The notes: generated by a model from the letters alone, not told the origin. A stretch of 64,000 nt of DNA from Nitrospirales bacterium (GCA_963422365.1 OY729426.1:992001-1056000), one strand, 5' to 3'. Positions 27,355 through 38,019 are shown, counted from the first letter of the stretch. Program-made: numbers and translations.

Positions 27355-28566
27355 TTATTGATTCTTTAACCGTCTCACGCGTTCTTTAACGAACCCGATT
27401 CGTTTGGCTTCTTTGGTGATCCCCTCGACGAGGGCAATATAGGTCTCGTATTCTTCAATTGCCCGTCGGGTGTCGATCCGTTCCAAACTTTTTCCCAAAT
27501 TGAAACGGGCTTCGGCAAAGTTTGGGCGTAGGGCGATCGCCTGCTCAAAGAGTTCAAGTGCGCGGCGTGGCTGTTGTTGTTCGGCCAAGACCCTGCCGAG
27601 ATTGTTGATGATCGCTGGAACAGTCGGGCGGAGCGATAGGGCCTGCTCCAACTCACGTTGCGCTTCGGCCAATTGGCCTTGATCTCGGAGCGCCAAGCCC
27701 AGTCGATGGTGGGCTTCGGCTAAATATGCCTCGTTCTTGAGACCAAGTTGAATGGATCGCCGATACGCTTCGACGGCGATCGCAGGCTGTGCGATTCCGC
27801 AAGACTCGAATAACGCGGCCTCCCCTCGTGCGAATTGTTGCAGTCCCAAGAAATCATTGCTTGGGTTTACGTCGAGTGAGGGCGCGGACGCTGCCGGTGT
27901 CGTGGGGCGGCTTCGGTTGAGTCCCGGCAGAAACGTTTCATGATAACTCGACAACAACTGCTCGTAGGGATCAATAGCAAGCGAGGCCACGAGTAACGTC
28001 GGCTCATCCTGACTCTCCAGCACCAGATATTGAGTCGTACTGGTGTGATCCCCTGTTCGATACAGCACGCCGGATTGCGCACCAGCCCGAGACAGGAGTT
28101 GCGTGGGATCTATATAAAACGTGGAGGACGGCACGAGCGCAGCTAAGGTGCGCCGGAGGATGGGATACCGCTCTAAGGAGCGCCCCTGATTGTATCGAAA
28201 CACGGCTCCCACTAATATCTGCTCATCATTGAAAAAGTAAAAACGATCGTGGTCGGGTTGGCCGCTCTGCGCCAATCGTTGCAGTTGTTCCCCCGAGCCC
28301 CAGGGAACCAATTGATAGTGTATGCCTTGCCAGCGTTTGACAATTTTATCCTTCGTATCGCAGAGGCGTGTCGCTCCTAAAAGCTCAAGGTCGCTTTCCG
28401 AAGGGGGAAGTGTGGGACCGGGAGGCGGTGGCGCGGTCCCACAAGCCGTGAGTGTGCCCGTCAGCCACAGGACAAAGATCCACTGACCCACATATTGGGC
28501 CACTGCACGGGGATGATCTGAAGGCTTTCGTGACGTCCGTGCTGGAAGGAGAGGGGGAGACTTCAA
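27355..28566 (-). CDS. TPR-containing lipoprotein
   Basis: Lipobox LTAC; C-terminal TPRs (AEAHHRLGLAL, NNLGRVL, AEARFNLG). Confidence 0.8.
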   Translation of the reverse strand: MKSPPLLPARTSRKPSDHPRAVAQYVGQWIFVLWLTGTLTACGTAPPPPGPTLPPSESDLELLGATRLCDTKDKIVKRWQGIHYQLVPWGSGEQLQRLAQSGQPDHDRFYFFNDEQILVGAVFRYNQGRSLERYPILRRTLAALVPSSTFYIDPTQLLSRAGAQSGVLYRTGDHTSTTQYLVLESQDEPTLLVASLAIDPYEQLLSSYHETFLPGLNRSRPTTPAASAPSLDVNPSNDFLGLQQFARGEAALFESCGIAQPAIAVEAYRRSIQLGLKNEAYLAEAHHRLGLALRDQGQLAEAQRELEQALSLRPTVPAIINNLGRVLAEQQQPRRALELFEQAIALRPNFAEARFNLGKSLERIDTRRAIEEYETYIALVEGITKEAKRIGFVKERVRRLKNQ

Positions 28567-28602
28567 GCTGACCCCACGTCGTTAGGTAAAAAAATGGAGA
28601 AG

Positions 28603-28677
28603 TGGTGGGCGATACTGGTATCGAACCAGTGGCCTCTTCCGTGTGAGGGAAGCGCTCTCCCACTGAGCTAATCGCCC
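28603..28677 (-). tRNA. tRNA-Val (CAC)
   Basis: Reverse complement GGGCGATTAGCTCAGTGGGAGAGCG-CTTCC-CT-CAC-AC-GGAAG-AGGCCACTGGTTCGATACCAGTATCGCCCACCA. Confidence 0.97.
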
Positions 28678-28773
28678 ACGAATCCTAGTCTAGCATAGCC
28701 CACTGATTCCTGACAACGAAACGAAGCCATGACCACCAAGGTGATCACGTCCATGCTGGCCTTGTAAAAACGA

Positions 28774-29811
28774 GTGGCCTTGCACTCGAAGATTTGCCAC
28801 AATGTCCAGGTGATGGATGATTTCGGCGTCAGGCGACAACGTATCGGCAATCCGCGTTCAGCGAACAAGGTTCCGACGAGCGGCATTCCGTCTTGGCTGA
28901 CGCTGATGCAAGACGGGTTTCTCGTGTGGGTTGTGCTCGGAGCCGCATGGGGCTGGTTCATGCCGGGTCCCGCCGCCTCCGGGAAAATCTGGATTCCCGA
29001 AGCGTTGGCCGCGGTGATGCTCTGTATGGGCTTGACGCTGACGCATCAGGACGTCCTTGACCTTCGTTATGGAGGCCGGCCGCTGCTGCTGGGCGTGGCC
29101 TTGCAGTACGTGGTGATGCCGCTTGGTGCATGGGGCATCGCGACGTTCTTGGGCCTGCCGAAATTGTTGGCGCTTGGTGTCATTTTAGTCGGGGCGTGCC
29201 CCGGGGGCACGGCGTCGAATGTAGTGGCCTACCTGGCGCGAGGCGATGTGGCGTTATCCGTGGGCATGACCACGGTCTCGACGTTGCTCAGTCCGCTCTT
29301 GACGCCCCTGTGGATTTGGATTCTCGCCTCCACGTGGTTGGCGGTTGATCCGCTCCCGCTCTTATGGACGGTCACGAAGATTGTGCTGCTACCGGTGGTG
29401 TTGGGCATGGGCATTCGCCGCGTTTGGCAACCGAGCCCTTGGTTTTTTGAAGGCATGTCGCCGCTCGTGTCGATGTTCGTCATCGCGTGGATCGTCGGGG
29501 TGATTGTTGGATTGAATCATGGTCAACTCACGATGGTTGGGATGGTTGTGCTGGCGGTGATTGTGCATAACGCGTTGGGCTTGACGCTTGGGTATTGGGG
29601 GCCTCGACTGCGGAAGGTCCCGCTTCGCCATTGCCGCACCGTGGCTATCGAAGTCGGCATGCAGAATTCCGGGTTGGCCGTGGCTTTGGCCGTGGCCCAT
29701 TTTGGCCCAATGGCTGCCGTGCCCGGCGCGATCTTTAGTATGTGGCACAATGTGACCGGGCCCCTGTTGGCGAGCATCTGGCGTCGAGCGCAACCGAACA
29801 AGTCTTCTTAA
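28774..29811 (+). CDS. Bile acid:sodium symporter (BASS) family transporter; true start probably downstream
   Basis: MLCMGLTL, QYVVMP, CPGGTASNV, EVGMQNSGLA, WHNVTG. Confidence 0.9.
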   Translation: MALHSKICHNVQVMDDFGVRRQRIGNPRSANKVPTSGIPSWLTLMQDGFLVWVVLGAAWGWFMPGPAASGKIWIPEALAAVMLCMGLTLTHQDVLDLRYGGRPLLLGVALQYVVMPLGAWGIATFLGLPKLLALGVILVGACPGGTASNVVAYLARGDVALSVGMTTVSTLLSPLLTPLWIWILASTWLAVDPLPLLWTVTKIVLLPVVLGMGIRRVWQPSPWFFEGMSPLVSMFVIAWIVGVIVGLNHGQLTMVGMVVLAVIVHNALGLTLGYWGPRLRKVPLRHCRTVAIEVGMQNSGLAVALAVAHFGPMAAVPGAIFSMWHNVTGPLLASIWRRAQPNKSS

Positions 29812-29813
29812 CG

Positions 29814-29985
29814 CAGATCCTTCCTGGGCTCTTCGCTCAGCTCAGGGCAAGTTCAGGATGACAACCACAAAACTATTACCCGAAAGTAACATGGAGGACC
29901 GCATCCCTGCTCTTGGAAAGGGACAAGCCTTATGCGTCCAGAAAAGGCGCCATGAGATGGCGCCCTACACGACCTAGGATGACAG
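29814..29985. repeat. REP-like cluster between convergent genes
   Basis: CAGATCCTT..CAGGATGACA, GGCGCCATGAGATGGCGCCCTACA and CTAGGATGACA. Confidence 0.6.
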
Positions 29986-30025
29986 CATAATGCGATCAGC
30001 CATGCCCAACGCCGCAGATAACGGA

Positions 30026-30554
30026 TCAAGGGGCGTTGGCGAGGTCTTGGGTCAGGGCGAGTACGAAGTGGTCGGCAGTCTTGAGCCGATCGGGTTGGAT
30101 GGTGTCGGGAGTGTCAGAGGCCTGATGAAAGTGAGGATGGGTTCCAGCCGTAACCACCGCCACCGTCGGAACGCCGGTTTTGGCAAACGGCACATGATCT
30201 CCCCCGGGAAAGAAACCATAGAGGTTGACGGCTTCGGAGAGCCTAGCCTGTTCGGCTGCATGCTTGGCCACATCTTTCGACATGTGGGAAACCTCAACGG
30301 TGAGCTCGCCGTTGCCGAGCCCCACGTGATCCACGTTGATCATGGCGACGGTTTTCGTCGAGGGGTGCGTGGGACGCTGAACGTCTTGGGTCGATCCCAG
30401 CAGGTTTTGTCCCTCCCGCTGAATGACGAAAACAGCATTGTTCGCGGGGAAGACAGGGAAAAGTGAAGGGATTGGCCGCGTGAACCGGAAGCGTGAGCAA
30501 AGCAAGCCTGCTCACGAGCACCATTGAACAGATCGCACACCCAAACGGTTTCAT
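30026..30554 (-). pseudogene. M28 family peptidase remnant (signal peptide joined to C-terminal part, internal deletion and frameshifts)
   Basis: MKPFG..LPVHAA; FSG../QNLLGS; AMINVDHVG, GDHVPF..GVP, HFHQASDT. Confidence 0.75.
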
Positions 30555-30692
30555 CGGCCCACTCTCCCATATTGTGCGGTTTATGTGTATGCCCAGAGCA
30601 ATGAGCAAACAGGGTGGGCGGGAAGAGAGAGTCACGCTAAAGGTAGCACACTCGGAGTTGCGGCGGGTGCCAGCCTGGAAGATAATAGCCTG

Positions 30693-32162
30693 ATGCGCAC
30701 ACTCGAAACGTTGAACTTTGACAATACCTATACCCGCCTGCCCGAGGTCTTCTTTGAACGGGTGATGCCCACGGGGTTTAAAACTTCGCATGTAGTCAGT
30801 TTCAATCCTTCGGCGGCGGCATTGATTGATCTGGAACCGGATGAAGCCAAGCGTCAGGAGTTCCATGAGGCCATGGGCGGCAAACTGCTCCTGCCGGGCA
30901 GTGAGCCCATTGCCATGCTGTATGCGGGCCACCAGTTTGGGCATTATGTGTCGCAGCTTGGGGATGGGCGAGCGATTCTGTTGGGCGAAGTGCGCAATCA
31001 TCGGGGTGAGAAATGGGACCTGCATCTAAAGGGCGCGGGGTTGACGCGCTTTTCACGGGACGGTGATGGCCGGTCGGTTCTTCGTTCGACGATCCGGGAG
31101 TACTTGTGCGGTGAGGCCATGCATGGCTTGGGCATCCCGACGACCCGATCCTTGTGTCTTATCGGCAGCGATGAGGCCGTCCTTCGGGAAAGCGTGGAGA
31201 CCGGCGCGATGCTCGTGCGCATGGCCCCGAGTCATGTCAGGTTCGGGACCTTTGAAGTGTTTTTTTATCGCCGTCAGCACGATCACCTGAAAACCTTGGC
31301 TGATTATGTGATTGCCCGGCATTTTCCGGATCTCGGTGATGGTCCAGACATATACGCGCGATTCTTGCGTCAGGTGGCCGAACGAACGGGCAGGCTCATT
31401 GCCCAATGGCAAGCCGTGGGCTGGGCGCATGGGGTCATGAATACCGACAACATGTCGATCCTCGGGCTGACCCTCGACTATGGGCCGTATGGGTTCATGG
31501 ATGATTTTAACCCGGGGTTTATTCCCAATCATTCCGATCGTCATGGCCGGTATTCGTTTGAGAACCAGCCCGATATCGGTTTTTGGAACGTTCGTGCGAT
31601 TGCGCAGGCCCTCTCCCCCTTGGTCGAGGAAGCCGACGTGCTTGGGGCTCCTGAAATCTATGAAGCGACCCTGCACAAGACCTATGCAGACGTGATGCAA
31701 GCCAAGTTGGGACTGAAAGAAGCCCACGAAGGCGATGACAAGCTCCGGCGCGGTTTGCTCGGGCTCCTGCACAGCAACCACGTGGACTATACGAATTGCT
31801 TTCGAGCGCTCGGATCCTTCAATCAGGATGAACCATCGGCGAACGAGCCGTTGCGAGATCAATTCCTTGATCGGGAAGGATTCGACTGGTGGGCGGATCG
31901 TTATCGCGCGCGGCTCAAAGCCGAACACAGTGTGGATGCCGAACGCAACGCGCGCATGGATTCCTGCAATCCCAAATACGTTTTGAGAAATTATCTTGTG
32001 CAGGTCGCGATTCAACGGGCGACATGGCACCGGGATTATTCCGAGATCGACCGCTTGCGGGAACTGCTGTGCCACCCGTTCGATGACCAACCCGAGATGA
32101 ACGAGTATGCTGCTCCGCCGCCGGATTGGGGAAAGCAGCTTGTGTTGAGCTGTTCGTCGTAG
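30693..32162 (+). CDS. selO: Protein adenylyltransferase SelO/YdiU
   Basis: YAGHQFG, LGDGRA, LKGAGLT, DGRSVLRS, HGVMNTDN, DYGPYGF, C-terminal SCSS. Confidence 0.95.
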   Translation: MRTLETLNFDNTYTRLPEVFFERVMPTGFKTSHVVSFNPSAAALIDLEPDEAKRQEFHEAMGGKLLLPGSEPIAMLYAGHQFGHYVSQLGDGRAILLGEVRNHRGEKWDLHLKGAGLTRFSRDGDGRSVLRSTIREYLCGEAMHGLGIPTTRSLCLIGSDEAVLRESVETGAMLVRMAPSHVRFGTFEVFFYRRQHDHLKTLADYVIARHFPDLGDGPDIYARFLRQVAERTGRLIAQWQAVGWAHGVMNTDNMSILGLTLDYGPYGFMDDFNPGFIPNHSDRHGRYSFENQPDIGFWNVRAIAQALSPLVEEADVLGAPEIYEATLHKTYADVMQAKLGLKEAHEGDDKLRRGLLGLLHSNHVDYTNCFRALGSFNQDEPSANEPLRDQFLDREGFDWWADRYRARLKAEHSVDAERNARMDSCNPKYVLRNYLVQVAIQRATWHRDYSEIDRLRELLCHPFDDQPEMNEYAAPPPDWGKQLVLSCSS

Positions 32163-32223
32163 CCGTGGGGCTCGCTCTGACGGACACGATCCTTCCTGTC
32201 GCTTCCCTCATAATCAGCATGAG

Positions 32224-32910
32224 ATGATACGAGGCGTTCTTCTTTTACTCATGATCATGGCCGTGTTGCTTGGACCGCAGTTGTGGACCAAATGGGTCTT
32301 CAAGAAATATCGCGGTCATCGTGAGGATTATTCAGGGACAGGTGGTGAACTGGCCAGGCATTTGCTCGATCGCTTCGAGATGTCTCACGTGCAGGTGGAG
32401 ACGACGGAACTCGGCGATCACTATGACCCATTAGCCAAAGCGGTGCGGTTGCTCCCGGATCACTATCACGGCAAATCTTTGACCGCGGTGACGGTCGCGG
32501 CGCATGAAGTGGGACACGCCATTCAAGATCGAACAGGGTACGGTCCGCTGCAAGAACGCACCAAACTCATTCGGTTGGCGCAAAGGGCGGAAAAGGTCGG
32601 GTCCTTCGTCATGATCGGGATTCCTCTCGTCGCCGGGCTGACCCGTTCACCGGCCGGCGGATTGTTGGTGCTGCTCGCGGGGCTTGCCGTGATGTCCATC
32701 GGGGCGTTGGTGCATCTCGTGACCTTGCCCGTGGAATGGGATGCCAGCTTTCGCCGGGCGCTTCCGATCCTCAAGCAAGGTCACTATGTTCCGCCGAAGG
32801 ATATGGAAGGGGCTCGAAAAATCTTAACGGCTGCTGCGCTGACGTACGTGGCGGCGTCGCTGGGCGGGTTGTTGAATATCTGGCGGTGGATCATGATCAT
32901 GCGACGGTAA
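32224..32910 (+). CDS. Membrane zinc metallopeptidase (YugP-like)
   Basis: DHYDP, AAHEVGHAIQ, LVTLPVEWDAS, AAALTYVA. Confidence 0.9.
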   Translation: MIRGVLLLLMIMAVLLGPQLWTKWVFKKYRGHREDYSGTGGELARHLLDRFEMSHVQVETTELGDHYDPLAKAVRLLPDHYHGKSLTAVTVAAHEVGHAIQDRTGYGPLQERTKLIRLAQRAEKVGSFVMIGIPLVAGLTRSPAGGLLVLLAGLAVMSIGALVHLVTLPVEWDASFRRALPILKQGHYVPPKDMEGARKILTAAALTYVAASLGGLLNIWRWIMIMRR

Positions 32911-33042
32911 GAGGGATGTTCAATGCCAAGAAGGAAATGATTGTATACAGGGTTTTGCCCCCACACGACAAGGCCTTTTTGTTTCGGCAAAAGGGACCCC
33001 CAAACCAGTTTCGCCCGGGCGTGGCCACCCGCAGTGTGTACC

Positions 33043-33360
33043 TGTAGGGCCGCCTCTCATGCGGCCAAGAAAAGGCACGATAAGATCCCACCCTACAAAT
33101 GCTCAAACAGTCCTCGCCGAATCGTCGGATTCGGCGCCGGGTACGCCGCGCCCAGGCGGGGGGATAGACGTCATTCCTCTGTGTCATTCCCGACGTTTAC
33201 AATCGGGAATCCACACGCCTGAAGGGCGAGGGTGAAAAGATGGATCCCCGCTTACCCCTGCGGGGATGACAGCTATGTAGGTTGGATTAGCGCAGCCCCA
33301 CATCCACGAGGGCTGGCATATTCCGTTCTGTCTGGTTATGCTTTCGCTAACCCGACCTGC
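33043..33360. repeat. Composite REP array of three doublets
   Basis: TGTAGGG..CCCTACA (33043-33097); TGTCATTCCCG..GGGAATCCA / TGGATCCCCGC..GCGGGGATGACA (33182-33271); GTAGGTTGGATTAGCG..CGCTAACCCGACCT (33277-33358). Confidence 0.75.
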
Positions 33361-33444
33361 GATGCTGAACGTGATGCCTCTTCCAGGCCGCATGAGATGC
33401 GGCCGCTACCAATCAGGAGAGGCACGCAAGGCGCTTCACGTCTT

Positions 33445-33753
33445 TCAAACTTCTGAAAGCTTGCGAAGCGCCGTTTCCGCTGGCGTTTCCAGCTTCTTCT
33501 CTCGATTGCACTCGGGACATGCCGGTACGATGTTTCCCTTGGTCGATTTCCCGCCGCGGGCCAGCGGCACCACGTGGTCCATTGACAGTCGGTCCGGCTG
33601 AAACGGGTTGCCGCAGTAGTGGCAGACGCCTTTGTGCAGTTGCTGTTTCCACCAGGGCGTCCGTTTGAGTGCTCTGGCCTTGTCCCGCTCTTTGCAAATC
33701 CGTTTGGCGGTGTCCGGGTCAGAATCGATTTCAAAGTAGGGTTCGAGGGACAT
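33445..33753 (-). CDS. Small HNH endonuclease
   Basis: CHYCG..MDHVVPLARGGKSTKGNIVPACPECNREK. Confidence 0.9.
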   Translation of the reverse strand: MSLEPYFEIDSDPDTAKRICKERDKARALKRTPWWKQQLHKGVCHYCGNPFQPDRLSMDHVVPLARGGKSTKGNIVPACPECNREKKLETPAETALRKLSEV

Positions 33754-33973
33754 GAGGGCTATCTGTGCTACTCCTTCCTTACAAAGGAGGGAGTTAGGAT
33801 GCAGTCTGCGCATGCGCAGCTTAAAGGAGTTCCCCGAATTTTTCACGTGTCTTCTGCGTGCTTGAACGGCCACGCCGCGTTGGAGGCGAGCAGGCCCATG
33901 CCTCTCTCATCGATAGGTTCAGAGAAGGGACATTCCTCTAGCGACGGATCAGGGCAGATGGTATACTGCTGGA

Positions 33974-34615
33974 ATGTACCGCCTAGGACAACGGAAACGA
34001 CCCCTCGGGTTCACGAGTAGCTTGGTGGTGACGCTTTTACTGGGCGGGGTGAGTTGGGCCGGGGCCGAGATCGGCAACGGCGTGTTCCAAGGATTCCTCC
34101 ACCACATCGCCCGGCAGATTACCAAGGACAAAGTTGATTTTGCGGTTGCGGAGTCTTGTACTTCGTGGTTTTATCAACAATTACGAAAGCCCCCCACGGT
34201 TCGCCCTGATGTTCAGCGTCTTTCTTTTTCCGTTGCTGACGAAGGGCCCGATTCCCACGCCTGTGCCAGTCGATACCTTGGAATCAATGAAGCGCGTGAA
34301 GCCTTTGCACAAAGCCAATCCATCCTCTCGTTAAGCCTGACGTTTTATCAATTGGCGTTGGTGGCTGATTGGGATGATGATGGGCGCTATGATGCGAGAG
34401 AGCTCAGCGATATATTGGCATCCCTGAATGTGGCGCTGTTGCACGGCGATCCTCCCCTTCAGCTTCTTGCAAAGCTGAAGGGAAAATTCGACGACGTTCG
34501 TGAGACGGTCGAGTTCACGATACTGACCGATAGCATGCAGGCGCTTTACAGCAAAGGGTACCGGTTCACCAGTAGGGATCAGGCTGCGATGGGCCGCGTG
34601 ACCGGAGCGCCCTGA
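33974..34615 (+). CDS. Hypothetical exported protein
   Basis: Signal-like N-terminus; two Cys; EF-hand-like DWDDDGRYDARE. Confidence 0.7.
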   Translation: MYRLGQRKRPLGFTSSLVVTLLLGGVSWAGAEIGNGVFQGFLHHIARQITKDKVDFAVAESCTSWFYQQLRKPPTVRPDVQRLSFSVADEGPDSHACASRYLGINEAREAFAQSQSILSLSLTFYQLALVADWDDDGRYDARELSDILASLNVALLHGDPPLQLLAKLKGKFDDVRETVEFTILTDSMQALYSKGYRFTSRDQAAMGRVTGAP

Positions 34616-34633
34616 CTCCCCGTTGCGTCCCCG

Positions 34634-35287
34634 TTAACCCATTCGTTCGACCGCTTCTCTTGAGCGGCTCCGCACGGTCTGGTCCCAGTCTTCCTTCATC
34701 GTATATTCCAACTTGGTTTTGGCTTCCGTGGCGCGCATGCGGCCCAGAGCCAGCGCCGCAGATCCCCGAACGTACGCGTGATCGTCTTCTAACGCGTTCA
34801 TTAACAGCGGGATGCTTTTTCGATGTTGCACGACTCCTAGGTAACTGACGGCCATGCCCCGCATACGGTGTTGTTTGTCACCAAGGGATCGTTTGAATGT
34901 AGACAGGAAGACCTCTGCCATGTCTTGGGCGACACTGTCCAACCCCTCCAGTTGATACTCGTTGAGTTCGATGAGTTCGCTGGCCAAATCAAACCGCTTT
35001 CGCGGGGCCTTTTCACGGGAAAATTTTTGAAGGAGCATGGCTCGCCGTTTCGTTTTGTTTTTCGCACGCTTGACCTTGCGAATGTTCACCCACGTGATGA
35101 GCATGAGCGCGAACGCCAGCAACAGGACGGGGACGACTTCATCGATAATAACGTCTTGCGTGTCGAAGTCCAAATGGTTCCAAATCCAGACCCCGCCGAC
35201 GAGAAGAATGAGCAGGACCAAAGCCATGGTGAGGTTGGCTTGTCCCTGTTGGTTGTCGAGATGAGATGATGGTGCGTCGGTGGCCAT
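34634..35287 (-). CDS. Membrane protein with HEAT/PBS-lyase repeats
   Basis: Two TM helices; LMNALEDDHAYVRGSAALALG. Confidence 0.8.
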   Translation of the reverse strand: MATDAPSSHLDNQQGQANLTMALVLLILLVGGVWIWNHLDFDTQDVIIDEVVPVLLLAFALMLITWVNIRKVKRAKNKTKRRAMLLQKFSREKAPRKRFDLASELIELNEYQLEGLDSVAQDMAEVFLSTFKRSLGDKQHRMRGMAVSYLGVVQHRKSIPLLMNALEDDHAYVRGSAALALGRMRATEAKTKLEYTMKEDWDQTVRSRSREAVERMG

Positions 35288-35315
35288 GACGCCAACGGAG
35301 TTGTTCAGGAAGCTG

Positions 35316-36197
35316 CTAGTGCAAGTTTGAGAGATTCTCTCTGTTTTCAAGAGTGGTGAGAAGCCGACGAAATCGCTGGCTGTGCGTGGCCTCTTGACGG
35401 GTTTCGTAAATGGCGATGAGGTTGCGAAGCATGCGAGCGAGGATTTGGGCATGAGAGCAGGGTTCGAGATAGCGATGCTCAAACGCGACGCCATGTTCCT
35501 CTACCAATCGCGCACAATCCTTTTCCGTGAGCAGTGCCCCGTGGTGAAAACAATCGATGAACACGGGTTCCGTCTGCAGCCTGACGAGAAAATGTCCCGG
35601 CAGGCCGACCCCGGACACCGGCACGTGGAGCCGTTGCCCCAGGAGTACATACAGAACCGATAAACTGATCGGGATTCCGACACGCTCGTCGATGACGCGA
35701 TGTAGAAAACTATTGTTGGGGTCGTAGTACTGTTGGGTGTTCCCTCGAAACCGCAGGGTGTGAAACAGATACTCGTTCATGCTGCGCACGACTTGAAGAG
35801 GGGGGTGTGATGAGCGCGGGGTGAGCTCGGCGGCCATGTCGTCTAGGCGCTGCCGATAGGGGGCCGTCTCCAATTGGGGGTCCCTTGCCTGGGCAATGAG
35901 AAAGGCCCCGGCTTCCAGGTCAAGCTCCTGCTCCGAAGGCGTCACCAGCGTGTCCCAGTGCCGTTCAATGTCTGCTTGGGTAATATCTGCGATGATGGCG
36001 TGGATGCGTTGGGCCAGGGAAGGATCGTCGGAATCCAGGAAGGCTTGTCGGAGAAAGGGCAGGGCCTCGCGGCCCACGTCGATGAGGTATTGGTGAATTT
36101 GCCGGGCGACGTGCTGGTCTTGATCGGAGAGCAGGTGGAGTAATGCTTCGATTTTCGTCGCGGATTGTTCAGGGGCGGAAGACGGCGTTTTCTTCAT
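35316..36197 (-). CDS. SirB1/transglutaminase-like protein
   Basis: FRGNTQQYYDPNNSFL, GIPISLS, GLPGHFL, ILARMLRNL. Confidence 0.88.
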   Translation of the reverse strand: MKKTPSSAPEQSATKIEALLHLLSDQDQHVARQIHQYLIDVGREALPFLRQAFLDSDDPSLAQRIHAIIADITQADIERHWDTLVTPSEQELDLEAGAFLIAQARDPQLETAPYRQRLDDMAAELTPRSSHPPLQVVRSMNEYLFHTLRFRGNTQQYYDPNNSFLHRVIDERVGIPISLSVLYVLLGQRLHVPVSGVGLPGHFLVRLQTEPVFIDCFHHGALLTEKDCARLVEEHGVAFEHRYLEPCSHAQILARMLRNLIAIYETRQEATHSQRFRRLLTTLENRENLSNLH

Positions 36198-36230
36198 CAC
36201 GGTCCATGAGGTGCCGGGTTTCACGCAAGA

Positions 36231-37016
36231 CTAGCCAATTGCTCGACGGAAGGCTTTGGCCCCTCCGTATAAGCACACGGCATCAAAAATTACCAGTATG
36301 ACAAAGGCCAGGACGACTTGAGGGATGGCTGCGTCCCATCCCGTGATAATGAGCGGACGGACGGCATCGATGACCCAGGTCATCGGATTCACCAGTGCCA
36401 GTGCTTGCATCCATCCTGGCATGGCTGACAGGGGCACGAGCGCTGAGCTGAGAAAAATCATGGGAAGGGAAAGAAAGCCCAGCAAGGAAAAGAAATCTCC
36501 ATGGCTTTTGACGGAAAACGCGATGCCCATTGAAATGGCGGTGAGACCCACGCCGAATAACATCCCGATCGCCAGAATCAGGGCGATGCCCAGCAGACCC
36601 GTTTCGAGGCGCACGCCAAAGACGAACGCGATACTCAGAATGACTAAAATTTGCATCCCGGTAATGGCCATCACAAAGAGGTAGCGACTGAGGATCACGG
36701 AAGATCGGTGAATGGGCGTGGACATCATGCGTTCTAAAAACCCGTTTTCTTTATCAAACAAGAGATCGACGCCGCCGGCTAATCCATTATTGAGGACCGT
36801 CATGACGACCACCCCGCCTGCCAGGAAACTCATATAGTTCGGGGCCTGGAGAATTTGGATATTAGCGGCGTGTTGAAAAAGGCTGCCGAAGAAGATCAGC
36901 CAAAACAGCATGGGTTGGACCAGGGTAAACAGCATGCTGAATTTTTCTCGGCTGAGTCGGCGAACCCATCTCATCGTCAAGGCAAGTACTTCTTGTTTGT
37001 AGTGTTGGATCGTCAT
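36231..37016 (-). CDS. ABC-2 type exporter permease
   Basis: Six TM segments; DKENGFLE, LPMIFLS, NPMTW. Confidence 0.9.
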   Translation of the reverse strand: MTIQHYKQEVLALTMRWVRRLSREKFSMLFTLVQPMLFWLIFFGSLFQHAANIQILQAPNYMSFLAGGVVVMTVLNNGLAGGVDLLFDKENGFLERMMSTPIHRSSVILSRYLFVMAITGMQILVILSIAFVFGVRLETGLLGIALILAIGMLFGVGLTAISMGIAFSVKSHGDFFSLLGFLSLPMIFLSSALVPLSAMPGWMQALALVNPMTWVIDAVRPLIITGWDAAIPQVVLAFVILVIFDAVCLYGGAKAFRRAIG

Positions 37017-37036
37017 GGTGTTTCGGTAAGTCTTGG

Positions 37037-38017
37037 CTATTCCTCTGCGACGTCCGGAGCGCCCCCTTGTAACCCATGCCCGGTATAGGCGATGAACACG
37101 TCATCCAGTCGGGGACGATGATACTCAATCCCATCAGGGTGACAATCAAGGCGGTGCGCGATCTCAAGAACGGCCGGGAGGGATTTTTCCGGAGATTCCA
37201 CGCGAATATTCAGGCTATTTGCTTTGATGCGCACGTCACGCACAAAGGGCAAGGCTGTGACCTCTTCGCTCAGACGAGGGAGTTTTTCCGCTCCGGTTTC
37301 CTTGATCGTCAACGACAAACTATCGCCACCTAATCCGGTCTTCAATTCTATCGGTGACCCGATGACCCGAATGGCCCCGCCATCGATGATCGCGAGTCGA
37401 TCGCACAGTTGGTCGGCTTCTTCCAGATAATTGGTCGTCATGACGATGGTGATCCCTCTCTCACGGAGTTGCCGAATGTAGTCCCATATCCGAAGACGAC
37501 TTTGGACGTCCAACCCTAAGGTCGGTTCGTCCAAAAACACAATTTTGGGATTGGGGAGCAACCCGCACGCAATATCCAGTTTACGCTTCATGCCCCCGGA
37601 ATAGGTTTTGGCTACACGGTCCGCGTGGTCTTCGAGATCGACGAGTTTCAATAGTTCGGCAATCCGTGGTTTTGTGTCCTTTGGGGAAAGATGGTAGAGC
37701 CCGCCTAACAGCTCGAGATGTTCGCGACCGGTCAGAAATCGATCGACGGCCCGTTCCTGCGGCACATAGCCGATCAGGCTTCTGACGGTATCGGCCTCGG
37801 TCACGACGTTATGCCCCAGCACCGTTGCCGTTCCGGCAGAGGGGGGCAACACGGTGATCAAAATACGCAGGGTCGTGCTTTTCCCTGCGCCGTTGGGGCC
37901 TAGGATTCCAAAGATTTCACCGGCACGAACCGTGAACGTCAGATTCTCGATGGCTGTGACCGAGCCAAAGGTTTTCCCTAACTGTGCAGCTTCGATCACG
38001 ATGGCGGAATTTATCAT
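37037..38017 (-). CDS. ABC exporter ATP-binding protein (DrrA-like)
   Basis: GPNGAGKS, YSGGMKRKL, FLDEPTLGLD. Confidence 0.93.
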   Translation of the reverse strand: MINSAIVIEAAQLGKTFGSVTAIENLTFTVRAGEIFGILGPNGAGKSTTLRILITVLPPSAGTATVLGHNVVTEADTVRSLIGYVPQERAVDRFLTGREHLELLGGLYHLSPKDTKPRIAELLKLVDLEDHADRVAKTYSGGMKRKLDIACGLLPNPKIVFLDEPTLGLDVQSRLRIWDYIRQLRERGITIVMTTNYLEEADQLCDRLAIIDGGAIRVIGSPIELKTGLGGDSLSLTIKETGAEKLPRLSEEVTALPFVRDVRIKANSLNIRVESPEKSLPAVLEIAHRLDCHPDGIEYHRPRLDDVFIAYTGHGLQGGAPDVAEE

Positions 38018-38019
38018 CC

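Noticed and set aside
26700..28677. Genomic island integrated at tRNA-Val
   Set aside because: No integrase and no duplicated tRNA 3' end noticed.
30585..32162. Selenocysteine in SelO and the ORF-track N-terminal extension
   Set aside because: The gene ends in CSS-TAG with no in-frame TGA; homology begins at the ATG at 30693.
33445..33753. HNH protein as an anti-phage system
   Set aside because: Stand-alone small HNH without methylase, ATPase or other defence partners.
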